IMG/VR virus record: IMGVR_UViG_3300037295_000225
Coordinates: 1 to 35,875 of that record
Source of the DNA: a virus
Taxonomy: Duplodnaviria; Caudoviricetes
Strand: one strand, 5' to 3'
Length of the DNA stretch: 35,875 nucleotides
Position numbers and translations under genes: made by a program. Of the stretch, positions 1 through 8,810 are shown in pieces. Below the pieces are notes generated by a model. The model had not been told where the DNA came from. It saw nothing but the letters and a program-made list of their open reading frames with translations, and ran no database searches. Position 1 is the first letter of the stretch, and each line of letters starts with the position of its first letter.

Positions 1-61
1 TGCACAGCAGGACAAGGCACAGGCACAGTAGTACAATACCAGCATACACAGGATACACATT

Positions 62-286
62 ATGAAACCTGTAGGACTAACAGGCTTGAACAATAGAGAT
101 GTTGCTCTGTGTCAACGGCTATGGCAGTTGGATACACAACATCAAGTCAAGCAATACATTGAGCAACTGAGTCCAGGACAGCAGCAACGGGCTAGTCTAT
201 TGATGGAGTTAATGCATCTTGAGGTAATAGATAACTCTGTTCAAGATGTTACAATTGAAGTTCAAGAACTACTATCACGTTTCTAA
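62..286 (+). CDS. hypothetical small phage protein (74 aa)
   Basis: ORF with AGGA SD upstream; first of a run of co-oriented short ORFs. Confidence 0.7.
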   Translation: MKPVGLTGLNNRDVALCQRLWQLDTQHQVKQYIEQLSPGQQQRASLLMELMHLEVIDNSVQDVTIEVQELLSRF

Positions 287-301
287 TCAAGGAATAGAAC
301 A

Positions 302-457
302 ATGAAACTTGAACTCCTAGCACAGACTATTGCAGGACTAAACACTGAAGACATGCTGCTGTTGGCCAAGACTCTGGCAGCACTTGATGCTAAGGCTGCT
401 GTCAAGTTGACCACACTGTTGATTGTATATGAAGAGGATACAGACTATGCGTACTAA
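302..457 (+). CDS. hypothetical 51-aa protein MKLELLAQTIAGLNTEDMLLLAK... (absent from ORF track)
   Basis: Hand translation; AAGGA SD at 289-293; fills the gap between neighbours and overlaps next start. Confidence 0.65.
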   Translation: MKLELLAQTIAGLNTEDMLLLAKTLAALDAKAAVKLTTLLIVYEEDTDYAY

Positions 458-767
458 CATACACACACTAGCACTATGCCTAGCACTGCTAGCGCCTGCG
501 CTAAGCAGCGCACAAGACCTAGTAGTACCACAGCAGTACAGTACTGAAGAGGACAGCACAGCGCAGCGTATACTGCGTATGCTAGCAGGTGCAGAAGATG
601 GGCAGCGCAGCTACGATCCCAAGGGTGGTGCTAACCTGTTCGACCAGATCCCTGCCTGGGACGGCGCCGCTCTGAAGGTATGTTGCAGTGCGGTAACAGG
701 TGCAGAGTGGACTAAGGCTAGGTGCGACACTGACACTCCTGTGCCTCCTCGGACCAATCGGTGTTGA
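447..767 (+). CDS. secreted/periplasmic protein with signal peptide
   Basis: Start MRTNIH after GAGGA SD; hydrophobic LALCLALLAPALSSA followed by QD; Cys-containing C-terminus. Confidence 0.7.
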   Translation: MRTNIHTLALCLALLAPALSSAQDLVVPQQYSTEEDSTAQRILRMLAGAEDGQRSYDPKGGANLFDQIPAWDGAALKVCCSAVTGAEWTKARCDTDTPVPPRTNRC

Positions 768-783
768 AGATTTTTAGAGGCCC

Positions 784-917
784 GGGGTCTATAGTGTGTG
801 TATGTATACTAGCGTTATTTTTTACTAGTAGGTGTAGAATCACCACCTCGAAAGGGCAAGTACTCCACCTATATTTTTTGCGCAGCAGTTTTTTTTACCC
901 CTGTGGACCCTTTTTTT
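784..917 (+). other. structured intergenic element (candidate ncRNA or cis signal)
   Basis: GGGGTCTATAG (784-794) pairs with CTGTGGACCCT (901-911), 11 bp with 3 G-U pairs, followed by a T run; inner stems present. Confidence 0.4.
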
Positions 918-1097
918 ATGATACCTGATTATTTCCTTACTAACGAAATCTGGATCATTCTTAACAGTGATCCTTACATTGAACTGCCAGGATTCGGCCT
1001 GGCTAGACAACTGTTTATCCATCAAGAGTTGCTGCATGGCCGAATCACCCTACAACAGCATCTCATGCTGATCCTTCACTATTCTGATCAAGAGTAA
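918..1097 (+). CDS. hypothetical protein
   Basis: ORF track 903..1097; ATG at 918 preferred. Confidence 0.5.
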   Translation: MIPDYFLTNEIWIILNSDPYIELPGFGLARQLFIHQELLHGRITLQQHLMLILHYSDQE

Positions 1098-1106
1098 ATA
1101 CACGTT

Positions 1107-1310
1107 ATGAATCAATACGAACCTAATCCCAACTTTGTGGCCAAGCCCAAATCTGAACCATCTGTTTCACCAGAGGTGGAATCCCATATCCTTTCTCTAC
1201 AGCAACGTACAAACAACCTCTACAGCATTGTGGAACTGCAGGCTCGTCAAATCCGTAGGCTGGAGTCCAGCCTGCAAACAATAGAAGCTAGGTTAGCATC
1301 ACGTTCATGA
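1107..1310 (+). CDS. small coiled-coil protein
   Basis: Heptad-like C-terminal half; TAAATA 6 nt before ATG. Confidence 0.7.
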   Translation: MNQYEPNPNFVAKPKSEPSVSPEVESHILSLQQRTNNLYSIVELQARQIRRLESSLQTIEARLASRS

Positions 1311-1546
1311 ACACATTAATAACCACAATAACAGACTTTCTAGGACCCATGGGATCACCGTATTGGTGGTTAATTGCTGCTGTGGCTGCTTCAGTGTTTC
1401 TATCCACTTGGGCACGTAGCATACGCACACTGCTGCCATTCATAGGAGCGGGAATCATAATCACATTGATATTATGGACTGCTGTCAATGCTGGTTGGAT
1501 TTCCATTAATTTTGTGCGAGATTGTTTAATTAACTGTGTATATTAA
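1307..1546 (+). CDS. small membrane protein with two transmembrane helices
   Basis: Two hydrophobic stretches; ATGA overlap with upstream gene. Confidence 0.7.
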   Translation: MNTLITTITDFLGPMGSPYWWLIAAVAASVFLSTWARSIRTLLPFIGAGIIITLILWTAVNAGWISINFVRDCLINCVY

Positions 1547-1550
1547 ACTA

Positions 1551-1595
1551 AAAAAAATTGTTTACGCCGTTTCACGGCGCTTCGCGCTCTTGGCT
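1551..1595. terminator. GC-rich hairpin(s) between convergent genes
   Basis: CGCCG-TTTCA-CGGCG overlapping GCGC-TTC-GCGC; A run on the left. Confidence 0.5.
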
Positions 1596-1835
1596 TTAAG
1601 CCCACATGAGATAATAAGCGGTCAATACTTTCTTGTTGTAGAACTCCACTACTAATCTAGCTTCTAATCCTGCCTTTTCCAATATCATAATGCAGTCTTG
1701 TGGAAGCTGATCAGTTATCCATCTTATCTTATCCTCGCCCACCATCTTATGCACTGCAGGCCAATTTATGTCCATATCATAATCAGGTCTGCTGCGCCAT
1801 TTCATTAATGTTAACTTGTCAGTCTTCATCGCCAA
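1596..1835 (-). CDS. hypothetical protein
   Basis: ORF overlapping the helicase stop. Confidence 0.65.
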   Translation of the reverse strand: MAMKTDKLTLMKWRSRPDYDMDINWPAVHKMVGEDKIRWITDQLPQDCIMILEKAGLEARLVVEFYNKKVLTAYYLMWA

Positions 1836-3234
1836 ACTGATTCCTTAAAATTTCACGTAGCTTACTGCTGTCAACTTGTGCATTTACCTTGGCCACAGGA
1901 TGACCTTGATCGGGTGTTTCTCTTGGCTGCACAGTACGATTTTTGATGCTTTCAATAATGCTACTGTTGCCGCGATTTGCACCGTTGGTGCTTTCTTGTT
2001 CCTCTTCGGGCAGGTCATAAATGCGCAGAGTTTCGATACTAAAACCCAAGTCGATTTTCATTCCTACGCCACTGCTGCTGCGTGTTTTCATTAGCTGTAA
2101 TTGATACCGTCCCCGTTCACGCATGGCTCTTGATGTAAAAATACCAAACACGTTGTCAGCTGTTTGTATCTTACTGAGTCCACCTGAAATGTGTGCATGG
2201 TCAAATTCCACTTCTTCCACAGCACCGCGGTTCAACTGTGCTGCTGTGACAAACACACATTTCTTTTCCATGGCCAAGTTACGCAGTTCTTCACTTACAT
2301 ACTTGTCTTTGACAAATAAGTTTTCTGCTGATATCTTCTTGTCCACTGGCATGATCAAGTCCATGTAGTCTACCAACAGTACATCTACTGGCTTGCCTAT
2401 CTTGATTTCAAATTCTTTTAGGAAAGCTCTAATGTCATTGGTTGTTTTACCACTGGGCATGTGTTTGACCTGCAGTAGCCCAGATTTTTTACCCACCATC
2501 TTTACTTTCATTTCTACTTGGTCTAGGTCTTTGAATATGTCGCGAGTATTGATGCCGGTCAACATACTGTCAATACGCATACTGACCAATGCTTCACTAA
2601 GTTCCAATGTAAGGTAAACTACGTTGAGACCTTGTAGTGCCCAGTTAACAGCTAAGTTGGCAAGAAATAAACTTTTACCTGCGCCACTGCCGCCTGCAAA
2701 AATATTCAACTCTCCTCTGTTGAATCCGCCAAACAGTTTGTGATCCATTGTGGCCCAGCCTGTACTCACTTGTCCGTTCTTGTCTTTGAGTCCCATTAGT
2801 CTGCCTTTGGGATCTAGAAAGTAATCTGTACCCATGTCGCGGGCCAAGCCAATCTGTACTGCTTCTTTAATTAGGTTTTCTACTTTGCCGTATTCCTTTT
2901 TTTCCAAAAGATCAGCAGAATTAATAATTGCACGTTCCAGTGCCTTATGCCTAGTAAAATTTTCAAATTGATCCATTAGCCAGTTCATATGCCCATCTTT
3001 AAGTTCTGCTGGATGTTTTAAATCAGTTCTGCAATGTGAGTTAACCATTTCATAATCTGGCAGCACAGTATACTGTTTGGCATATTCTATAATAAACTCA
3101 GCAGCATCTTGCAACTTACGATCAAATAATGTGTGATCAAAAATGCCCTGGCATCTTACAAATGTTTCTGGATCAGCTAGCATTAATTCTAAATATAACC
3201 GCTGTACTTCAAAATCGTAATTGTTGTTCATCAT
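1819..3234 (-). CDS. gp41: replicative DnaB/gp41-like helicase
   Basis: Walker A GGSGAGKS, LELSE, Walker B LLVDYMD, AAQLNR, MKTR arginine finger. Confidence 0.95.
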   Translation of the reverse strand: MMNNNYDFEVQRLYLELMLADPETFVRCQGIFDHTLFDRKLQDAAEFIIEYAKQYTVLPDYEMVNSHCRTDLKHPAELKDGHMNWLMDQFENFTRHKALERAIINSADLLEKKEYGKVENLIKEAVQIGLARDMGTDYFLDPKGRLMGLKDKNGQVSTGWATMDHKLFGGFNRGELNIFAGGSGAGKSLFLANLAVNWALQGLNVVYLTLELSEALVSMRIDSMLTGINTRDIFKDLDQVEMKVKMVGKKSGLLQVKHMPSGKTTNDIRAFLKEFEIKIGKPVDVLLVDYMDLIMPVDKKISAENLFVKDKYVSEELRNLAMEKKCVFVTAAQLNRGAVEEVEFDHAHISGGLSKIQTADNVFGIFTSRAMRERGRYQLQLMKTRSSSGVGMKIDLGFSIETLRIYDLPEEEQESTNGANRGNSSIIESIKNRTVQPRETPDQGHPVAKVNAQVDSSKLREILRNQFGDED

Positions 3235-3250
3235 GTTATTATTTTACATT

Positions 3251-4717
3251 CTAGTTAAAAATTTTAATACCGTATTGGCTAAACCAAGCATCACTATCTG
3301 CTCTGTCGTTGACCATGGGCTGCCCTTTGATGTTTAAGCTAGTGTTTAGCAGCATAGGACATCCTGTACGTTTGTACCACAGTTCTAATAACTGTCTGAA
3401 TTGAGGATTATCCTCATGTGTTACTGTTTGCACTCTACTAGTCTGGTCGATATGTGCCACTGACGAATAAGAGCCATATTCCAAAATAGGCGCAATAAAC
3501 TGCATGTAAGGTGTTGATTTTAAAGGCATTTTAAAGTGCTGATTTGCGAATTCTGCCATTATTGAAGGAGAGAAGGGTCTGAACTGCTGTCTTCTTTTTA
3601 TGTTGTTAATTAAACCCTTTATTTCCGGTCCTCTGGGATCTGCTAGTAAACTTCTATTGCCTAGGGCCCTAGGACCTATTTCTGCACGACCTCTGGCCAC
3701 TCCGCATACTTTGTGTTGCACCAAGTAATCTACGATATCTTCATTGGAGCTAACGTACCCCATATCATATCCAAGGTACGGTCCTTGCCAGTGTATATGT
3801 TGTTTGGTCTTTGCCAGTACAGCACCGATACTGCTGCCACTATCTCCAGGAGCAGGCATGATCCATACTTTATCGAAAAACTTCGGAGCCAATCGATTAG
3901 CACTGCAGTTTAGTGCGCATCCTCCCATGAGTACAAGATTTTCACTACCGCTTATAGTCTTAGCATACAGCATAGTTGTTTGAAATATATCTTCATAAAT
4001 GCTCTGCGTGGCGGCTGCAATGTCATACATATCTTGTTGACTAGTTAACTCGGGCATCCATTGCTTACACCCTCTATGAAGATTCTGTTTAAATAAAACA
4101 ATTTTCGAAGTCTCATAGGATATAAAATCTTCTAGCATTTGTTGTTTTAATCTGTTAGGATCTCCAAACGCTGCCATGCCCATTAAGATGTATTCTTCTT
4201 CATTAGGTTTTAACCCGCATCGCTGTGTCATTGCTGAATACCAAATGCCCACACTATGCGGATACCTTTGTGCATATATTTTTTTCAGCTTATTGCCAGT
4301 TGCTTTCCAAATAGTTAAAGTGTCAAATTCACCTATCGCGTCTATTACTACTACACACGCTTGATCAAAATTACTGGTGTAATATCCAGCAGCAGCGTGA
4401 GTTTCGTGGTGCTGATGATAGTCAATAGGAACATTTATGTTGTATGACTCTAGATATTTCTTAATATTGTTTTCGGCTAACGTAAACCCTTGGCCCGATA
4501 CTGCTTGACGTAATGTTTTAAGATACGGATTCTCATACCAATGCATTGCTGAAGGTTCTCCGAACCTTCTAGCGTACTTTATTAAATTTGTATCCAAGTG
4601 AGGATCGTTTTTTTTCTTGCTGAATCGTTCAGACTCGCTGGCAAACACTAATTCGTTATTGTCAAATACTGCTAGTGCAGCGTTGTGGCTATTAGCCGAT
4701 ATCCCCCACGCGATCAT
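3251..4717 (-). CDS. carbamoyltransferase (NodU/CmcH family)
   Basis: GISANSHNAA, ESERFSKKKND, HHETHAA, DAIGE, GGCALN, PAPGDSG, EIGPRALGNRSLLADP, RQQFRPF, LLNTSLN. Confidence 0.95.
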   Translation of the reverse strand: MIAWGISANSHNAALAVFDNNELVFASESERFSKKKNDPHLDTNLIKYARRFGEPSAMHWYENPYLKTLRQAVSGQGFTLAENNIKKYLESYNINVPIDYHQHHETHAAAGYYTSNFDQACVVVIDAIGEFDTLTIWKATGNKLKKIYAQRYPHSVGIWYSAMTQRCGLKPNEEEYILMGMAAFGDPNRLKQQMLEDFISYETSKIVLFKQNLHRGCKQWMPELTSQQDMYDIAAATQSIYEDIFQTTMLYAKTISGSENLVLMGGCALNCSANRLAPKFFDKVWIMPAPGDSGSSIGAVLAKTKQHIHWQGPYLGYDMGYVSSNEDIVDYLVQHKVCGVARGRAEIGPRALGNRSLLADPRGPEIKGLINNIKRRQQFRPFSPSIMAEFANQHFKMPLKSTPYMQFIAPILEYGSYSSVAHIDQTSRVQTVTHEDNPQFRQLLELWYKRTGCPMLLNTSLNIKGQPMVNDRADSDAWFSQYGIKIFN

Positions 4718-4827
4718 TTGTATATGAACGGATCACGTCGGCGAAGTTCTTTCATACGTTTTTTATATTTAAAATGTTCTCTTATTTTTATAAATGGTGT
4801 GAGTAATATATTAATTAGTTTTTTCAT
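4714..4827 (-). CDS. 37-aa basic peptide MKKLINILL...RRRDPFIYK
   Basis: AAGGA SD before ATG at 4827; ATGA overlap with carbamoyltransferase start. Confidence 0.7.
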   Translation of the reverse strand: MKKLINILLTPFIKIREHFKYKKRMKELRRRDPFIYK

Positions 4828-5833
4828 CGTGTATCCTTTTAAGTCGATGTTCCATGTGTTGTTTAGCAATGTTAATCTTAATTGCTCCTGATTGTGCTGT
4901 CTTAATAGCGTCAACTATAACAAACAATTTACCGTAAGATCGAACTGCATCTGCAGCATCTTTTATATGGTCTTCCCAATTAGGAAAAGCAACTGCCCAA
5001 TTATGTTCTATTGCTTTGTTGATCAACGCAATACCTGCAGCATCTTGATCGGGAATAACAATAACTTGTTTGCGCAAACTATTAATTATCCTTGCTTGTT
5101 GGTCCGCGATATTATTCGTTAATAATGCAACTCCTCCTACTGCAATAGCATCGAACGGGCCTTCGCATACTAATGTGTACCGGTAATCATCTAGTTGACT
5201 ATCCATGTTGAACACAAAGTGCGGATGCTGATCAGACAGATATTTTGGTTTGCTGTCTACAATCTTTCTTCCAGTCCATCCTACTATATTGCTCTTGTAG
5301 TAGAAAGGAATTAACAATCTATTTTTATATGCCGGATCAGATGACCAATAAAAATTGAAATCATCTAACGTTAGTCCCCGTTGTTCCATGTAGCTAAGAA
5401 CAGGTAAGATGTCTGGATCTAAATCTTCTAAAGGACAATTAACCCACCACTCTATTGGTTTACTATTGGGAGGTAGTTCCTTGGATGCAAATCCAATATA
5501 ATCGTTCGATTGGTCAGGCAAGTAATCCGGCCTTTCGGTTTTCAGTGCTTCGAATATCAGATGTTTAATGTCTTGATCACTTGCACCTAGCCATGTACAT
5601 AGTTGTTTTAATTTTTCTGGTATTGGTCTGCCAGGTTCCCAGTAAGCTGTGTATTTGCAATTAAAACAATTAAAAACAAAACTATCGGTAAACATAGCAC
5701 CTCCGCGATGATGATCATCGGACCTGTGTCCTCGATGTACGCAGCAAGGGGCATTAAAACTAGTCCATCCGCTTGGACTAGTTTTTGCACCATAAGGAAG
5801 AATAGTTTTTAATCTGTCTAATACAAGAGTCAT
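4811..5833 (-). CDS. gp61: DNA primase (gp61/DnaG-like)
   Basis: N-terminal Zn motif (CC..H, CFNC); TOPRIM EGPFDA and PDQD; KDAAD. Confidence 0.9.
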   Translation of the reverse strand: MTLVLDRLKTILPYGAKTSPSGWTSFNAPCCVHRGHRSDDHHRGGAMFTDSFVFNCFNCKYTAYWEPGRPIPEKLKQLCTWLGASDQDIKHLIFEALKTERPDYLPDQSNDYIGFASKELPPNSKPIEWWVNCPLEDLDPDILPVLSYMEQRGLTLDDFNFYWSSDPAYKNRLLIPFYYKSNIVGWTGRKIVDSKPKYLSDQHPHFVFNMDSQLDDYRYTLVCEGPFDAIAVGGVALLTNNIADQQARIINSLRKQVIVIPDQDAAGIALINKAIEHNWAVAFPNWEDHIKDAADAVRSYGKLFVIVDAIKTAQSGAIKINIAKQHMEHRLKRIHDEKTN

Positions 5834-5840
5834 ACTCTGT

Positions 5841-5869
5841 ATTATACTATCGATAGATTATGCTGTCAA
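5841..5869 (-). promoter_or_regulatory. consensus sigma70 promoter for primase
   Basis: TTGACA-N17-TATAAT exactly, 7 nt before the ATG. Confidence 0.85.
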
Positions 5870-6923
5870 GAGTCCCCGCACCAGATTTCGGATCACTTAG
5901 AGTAAATTCACCGAACCCATTTTGAGAAACTCCTTCCCATACAAAATCAGTAATTGTGCCTTCTGTTCCTACAGCAGTTACAGTAATAGTTATATCATTT
6001 GTAGGTGATTCGCTATTGAGATCTCTGCCTTTGAGAACAAGTACATCGCCTATATTGTATCCTTTTCCGCCGGTGCCGATAGTAACCGAATATTCAAAAC
6101 TTATAGCATTTTGACTTACCGTGAACAATGCTAAATTTCCTGTAAATTTCGGAGTGTACAATACTCGAAACCAATTGTATTTTCCTACAATATTCTTATA
6201 CAAAATATCACTACCAAACGATTCAATGTCTGCAATAGTTACCCAAATTTCAGGAGAAGCACCATTACTTTGGCTTCCTTGTATACTGATAGTTCCGTAA
6301 AATTCAGATAAGTTAAATTGAAAAGTATGTACGCTGCGGGGATTAGTCAGCATACTTTGTCCCGAAATTAAACTACTAACAAATGTCGAAGGTTTAATAT
6401 AATTTTCGTAATCGATGTTTTCTCTAAATTCTTTTACAATTATACTATCAGTTGGACCGCTGAATACATCTCCTTGTACTTCTACAATTGCGTTTACTCC
6501 ATACTGACTGTCGATGTACAACGGAGATTTTGAATAAACTGTGAAATTGTCTTGGTCTATATTATTTCTAATTTCAGAATGTAAACAATAAAAATACATA
6601 CCTGCTTCAATGCGTTGCATATCTGTTCCAGATAAAGTCACATAAACTTTACCTGTTGTAGTACTTTGGACTATGCAATCTTTTTGTAAGATTAATTCTC
6701 CTGTTTCTTTATTACTTAAAGAAAATACAATAACTGCTCCGGCAATAGATTGGACTTTTTCGTCACTATTTCTGACTTGGAAATCGACTCTGTTGTCAAC
6801 ACCTTTATATATTTTTAAATTTCGATTATACACTCTTTGATACCTCTCAACGGGCCAATCAGAAAAAGAATTAGTAAACACATCTACCTTGTTTGGATAT
6901 AAATAAACGGAATTGAGTTGCAT
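5847..6923 (-). CDS. probable virion protein (beta-rich, BppU/Ig-like N-terminus)
   Basis: Beta-strand pattern, GGKGYNIGDVL motif; TAAATA at 6944-6949 and AAGGG SD favour start MQLNSV. Confidence 0.6.
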   Translation of the reverse strand: MQLNSVYLYPNKVDVFTNSFSDWPVERYQRVYNRNLKIYKGVDNRVDFQVRNSDEKVQSIAGAVIVFSLSNKETGELILQKDCIVQSTTTGKVYVTLSGTDMQRIEAGMYFYCLHSEIRNNIDQDNFTVYSKSPLYIDSQYGVNAIVEVQGDVFSGPTDSIIVKEFRENIDYENYIKPSTFVSSLISGQSMLTNPRSVHTFQFNLSEFYGTISIQGSQSNGASPEIWVTIADIESFGSDILYKNIVGKYNWFRVLYTPKFTGNLALFTVSQNAISFEYSVTIGTGGKGYNIGDVLVLKGRDLNSESPTNDITITVTAVGTEGTITDFVWEGVSQNGFGEFTLSDPKSGAGTLDSIIYR

Positions 6924-6952
6924 ATCGATTTTAGCCCTTAACATATTTATCT

Positions 6953-7324
6953 ATGAGAATAACAGAAAACTTAAAAGAAAACTTTCCATTTATTAGTATT
7001 GTAACACATGTTACGCAGGAATATGTAGGAATAATCATTAACCAAGATGCTCAAGTTACTAGCATGTACGACTACTCTGCATTGAGATCGGATTATGACA
7101 AAGCCGCATTTTTGCAGTTGGGAGAAGTATGGTGGTGGGAATCAAACCGTCAAATTCCAATAAACATATTTTTGAATCGAGATATGATTCCTTTTAAATA
7201 TGCAATTAGGAACTTTGCAACGAAAGACATGAAAGTAATAATCGGCCCGTGTACTAGCTTAAACAATATCATTATTAAACGAATTAAAAGAAAATCAATT
7301 ACCCTAGTACGTAAACCATTTTAA
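6953..7324 (+). CDS. hypothetical protein (123 aa)
   Basis: Lone plus-strand ORF filling the gap; WWWESNRQIPI motif, basic C-terminus. Confidence 0.75.
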   Translation: MRITENLKENFPFISIVTHVTQEYVGIIINQDAQVTSMYDYSALRSDYDKAAFLQLGEVWWWESNRQIPINIFLNRDMIPFKYAIRNFATKDMKVIIGPCTSLNNIIIKRIKRKSITLVRKPF

Positions 7325-7896
7325 ACGTCATTAACAGCTAGTTGTTCGCAGATTAAATTCATTTGCACTACTACTGCTGTTGCATACGCAACAGCATGAC
7401 TCTTTTTCCAATAATATTCATTATTTGTCGGTTTCGTCCACACTTCCGTCCCAACCTCGTTCCAAGTCTTGCCTATCAGATATCTTTTTGCTGGTCTTAT
7501 CATTGCCAAAACTGCCGCAAGTTGGGGTATCGATTGAGGGTTCATTTTTTTTAAAATATCCCAATGACCGTTCACGTGAAATAGCAGATTGCAAAAATCT
7601 TCCTGCTGCAGTAAATCCCATATCGGTTCAGTCTCCATAAGTTTTACTAAATGTTCTTCGTCTCGAACACCCTTATATATCCCTACATTGAGAAAGTCAA
7701 TTTTAAAATAACCTTCTTTTTCTGCTTGGTCATACGGAATCTGGCATAGTCCAGTAACTGCATCGACAGGAACTTCGTGCAGGTACACACCTGTAGCATG
7801 TTTTATTAATTGATTCTGATCTACCCGACTAGCCGGGATTGTTTTAAATAGTGCGAGTGCTGCTTCTCTATTAAAAAAGTCAATATCAATATCCAT
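7321..7896 (-). CDS. miniature DNA polymerase III alpha (DnaE, family C)-like catalytic fragment
   Basis: Ordered DnaE motifs DIDIDF, KHATGV, FKIDFL, LAMIRP, KKSHAVAYA. Confidence 0.85.
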   Translation of the reverse strand: MDIDIDFFNREAALALFKTIPASRVDQNQLIKHATGVYLHEVPVDAVTGLCQIPYDQAEKEGYFKIDFLNVGIYKGVRDEEHLVKLMETEPIWDLLQQEDFCNLLFHVNGHWDILKKMNPQSIPQLAAVLAMIRPAKRYLIGKTWNEVGTEVWTKPTNNEYYWKKSHAVAYATAVVVQMNLICEQLAVNDV

Positions 7897-8118
7897 TTAG
7901 TGAATCCTTATACTTTCAAACAGCAATAACGGCAGTGTTTCAGCTAAGAATTTTGCATAATCTTCTGCGTCTTCTTCACATTCAAAACCGCTAAACGAAA
8001 CAAATACCAATGGTTCTTCATCGCTAACTGCGATAGAAATATCTATGTTATCGTCTGAAATAAATTCTTCATTCTCTTTCAACTCTTCTTTTGGTGGTTC
8101 GGGTCGTCTTCTAACCAT
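7897..8118 (-). CDS. small acidic hypothetical protein
   Basis: Tightly packed ORF with GGAGG SD. Confidence 0.7.
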   Translation of the reverse strand: MVRRRPEPPKEELKENEEFISDDNIDISIAVSDEEPLVFVSFSGFECEEDAEDYAKFLAETLPLLLFESIRIH

Positions 8119-8810
8119 TATAGTATCGTAGCCTCCTTTATGACGTCTTTCGATAATGTTACATCGGCAGGCAATGATTTGAATCTACTAGACCAAAACG
8201 TCGGATCAATAATAGGACTAATAATCATTAATTGCTCGTCGCTCATACGTCTCAGTAATTCTTTTCCTGACTTACTATTTAATAATATCCAAGGACTAAT
8301 TAATCCTTCTTTGATATCGTGAGTGGCCCTGTTTAAATTCACGTATGCAAAGTAGTGATTCCATTCCGCAGAATTTAAATCCCCCCATTCTATCATAGTT
8401 TGAATAGAACGTTGTATTGCTCCGTCGGCCGGTTCTATACGTATTAGCTCACTTATATATTTGTCATATAGATCGTCCTTACACCAATGATCTAGCTTAA
8501 CTCCACTTTTTATAATAAAATCAATAAATCTGTCAGTGTAAATAGGGGAGGTGTTTACTACAAAACTTCCAAATTTAACGAACGATGTATAATAAGGGCT
8601 AGTTGCAAAGTCGTCAAACGTTTTTTGTGTTTTTCCTTTTTGTGCAAAATCGTAAAACTTTTGAAATGCAATCAATCCTACTTGAACATGTTTTTGATTT
8701 TTATCAAGATATCTTCTTTTTTTCTCACACACATGCACTATTAATGTTTTTTCTTTAGCAAATAATTTTTTACAGTATTCACATTTAAAATTTAATGCTA
8801 CTGATTTCAT
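8118..8810 (-). CDS. hypothetical protein with N-terminal zinc finger
   Basis: CEYC-x12-HVC; start at MKSVAL preferred. Confidence 0.75.
   Translation of the reverse strand: MKSVALNFKCEYCKKLFAKEKTLIVHVCEKKRRYLDKNQKHVQVGLIAFQKFYDFAQKGKTQKTFDDFATSPYYTSFVKFGSFVVNTSPIYTDRFIDFIIKSGVKLDHWCKDDLYDKYISELIRIEPADGAIQRSIQTMIEWGDLNSAEWNHYFAYVNLNRATHDIKEGLISPWILLNSKSGKELLRRMSDEQLMIISPIIDPTFWSSRFKSLPADVTLSKDVIKEATIL

Noticed and set aside
1307-1546. Holin call for the 2-TM protein
   Set aside because: No adjacent endolysin or spanin; hydrophobicity alone is insufficient
7321-7896. dnaE pseudogene or bacterial contamination
   Set aside because: Deletions are internal and in frame, catalytic residues are intact and the gene abuts phage ORFs
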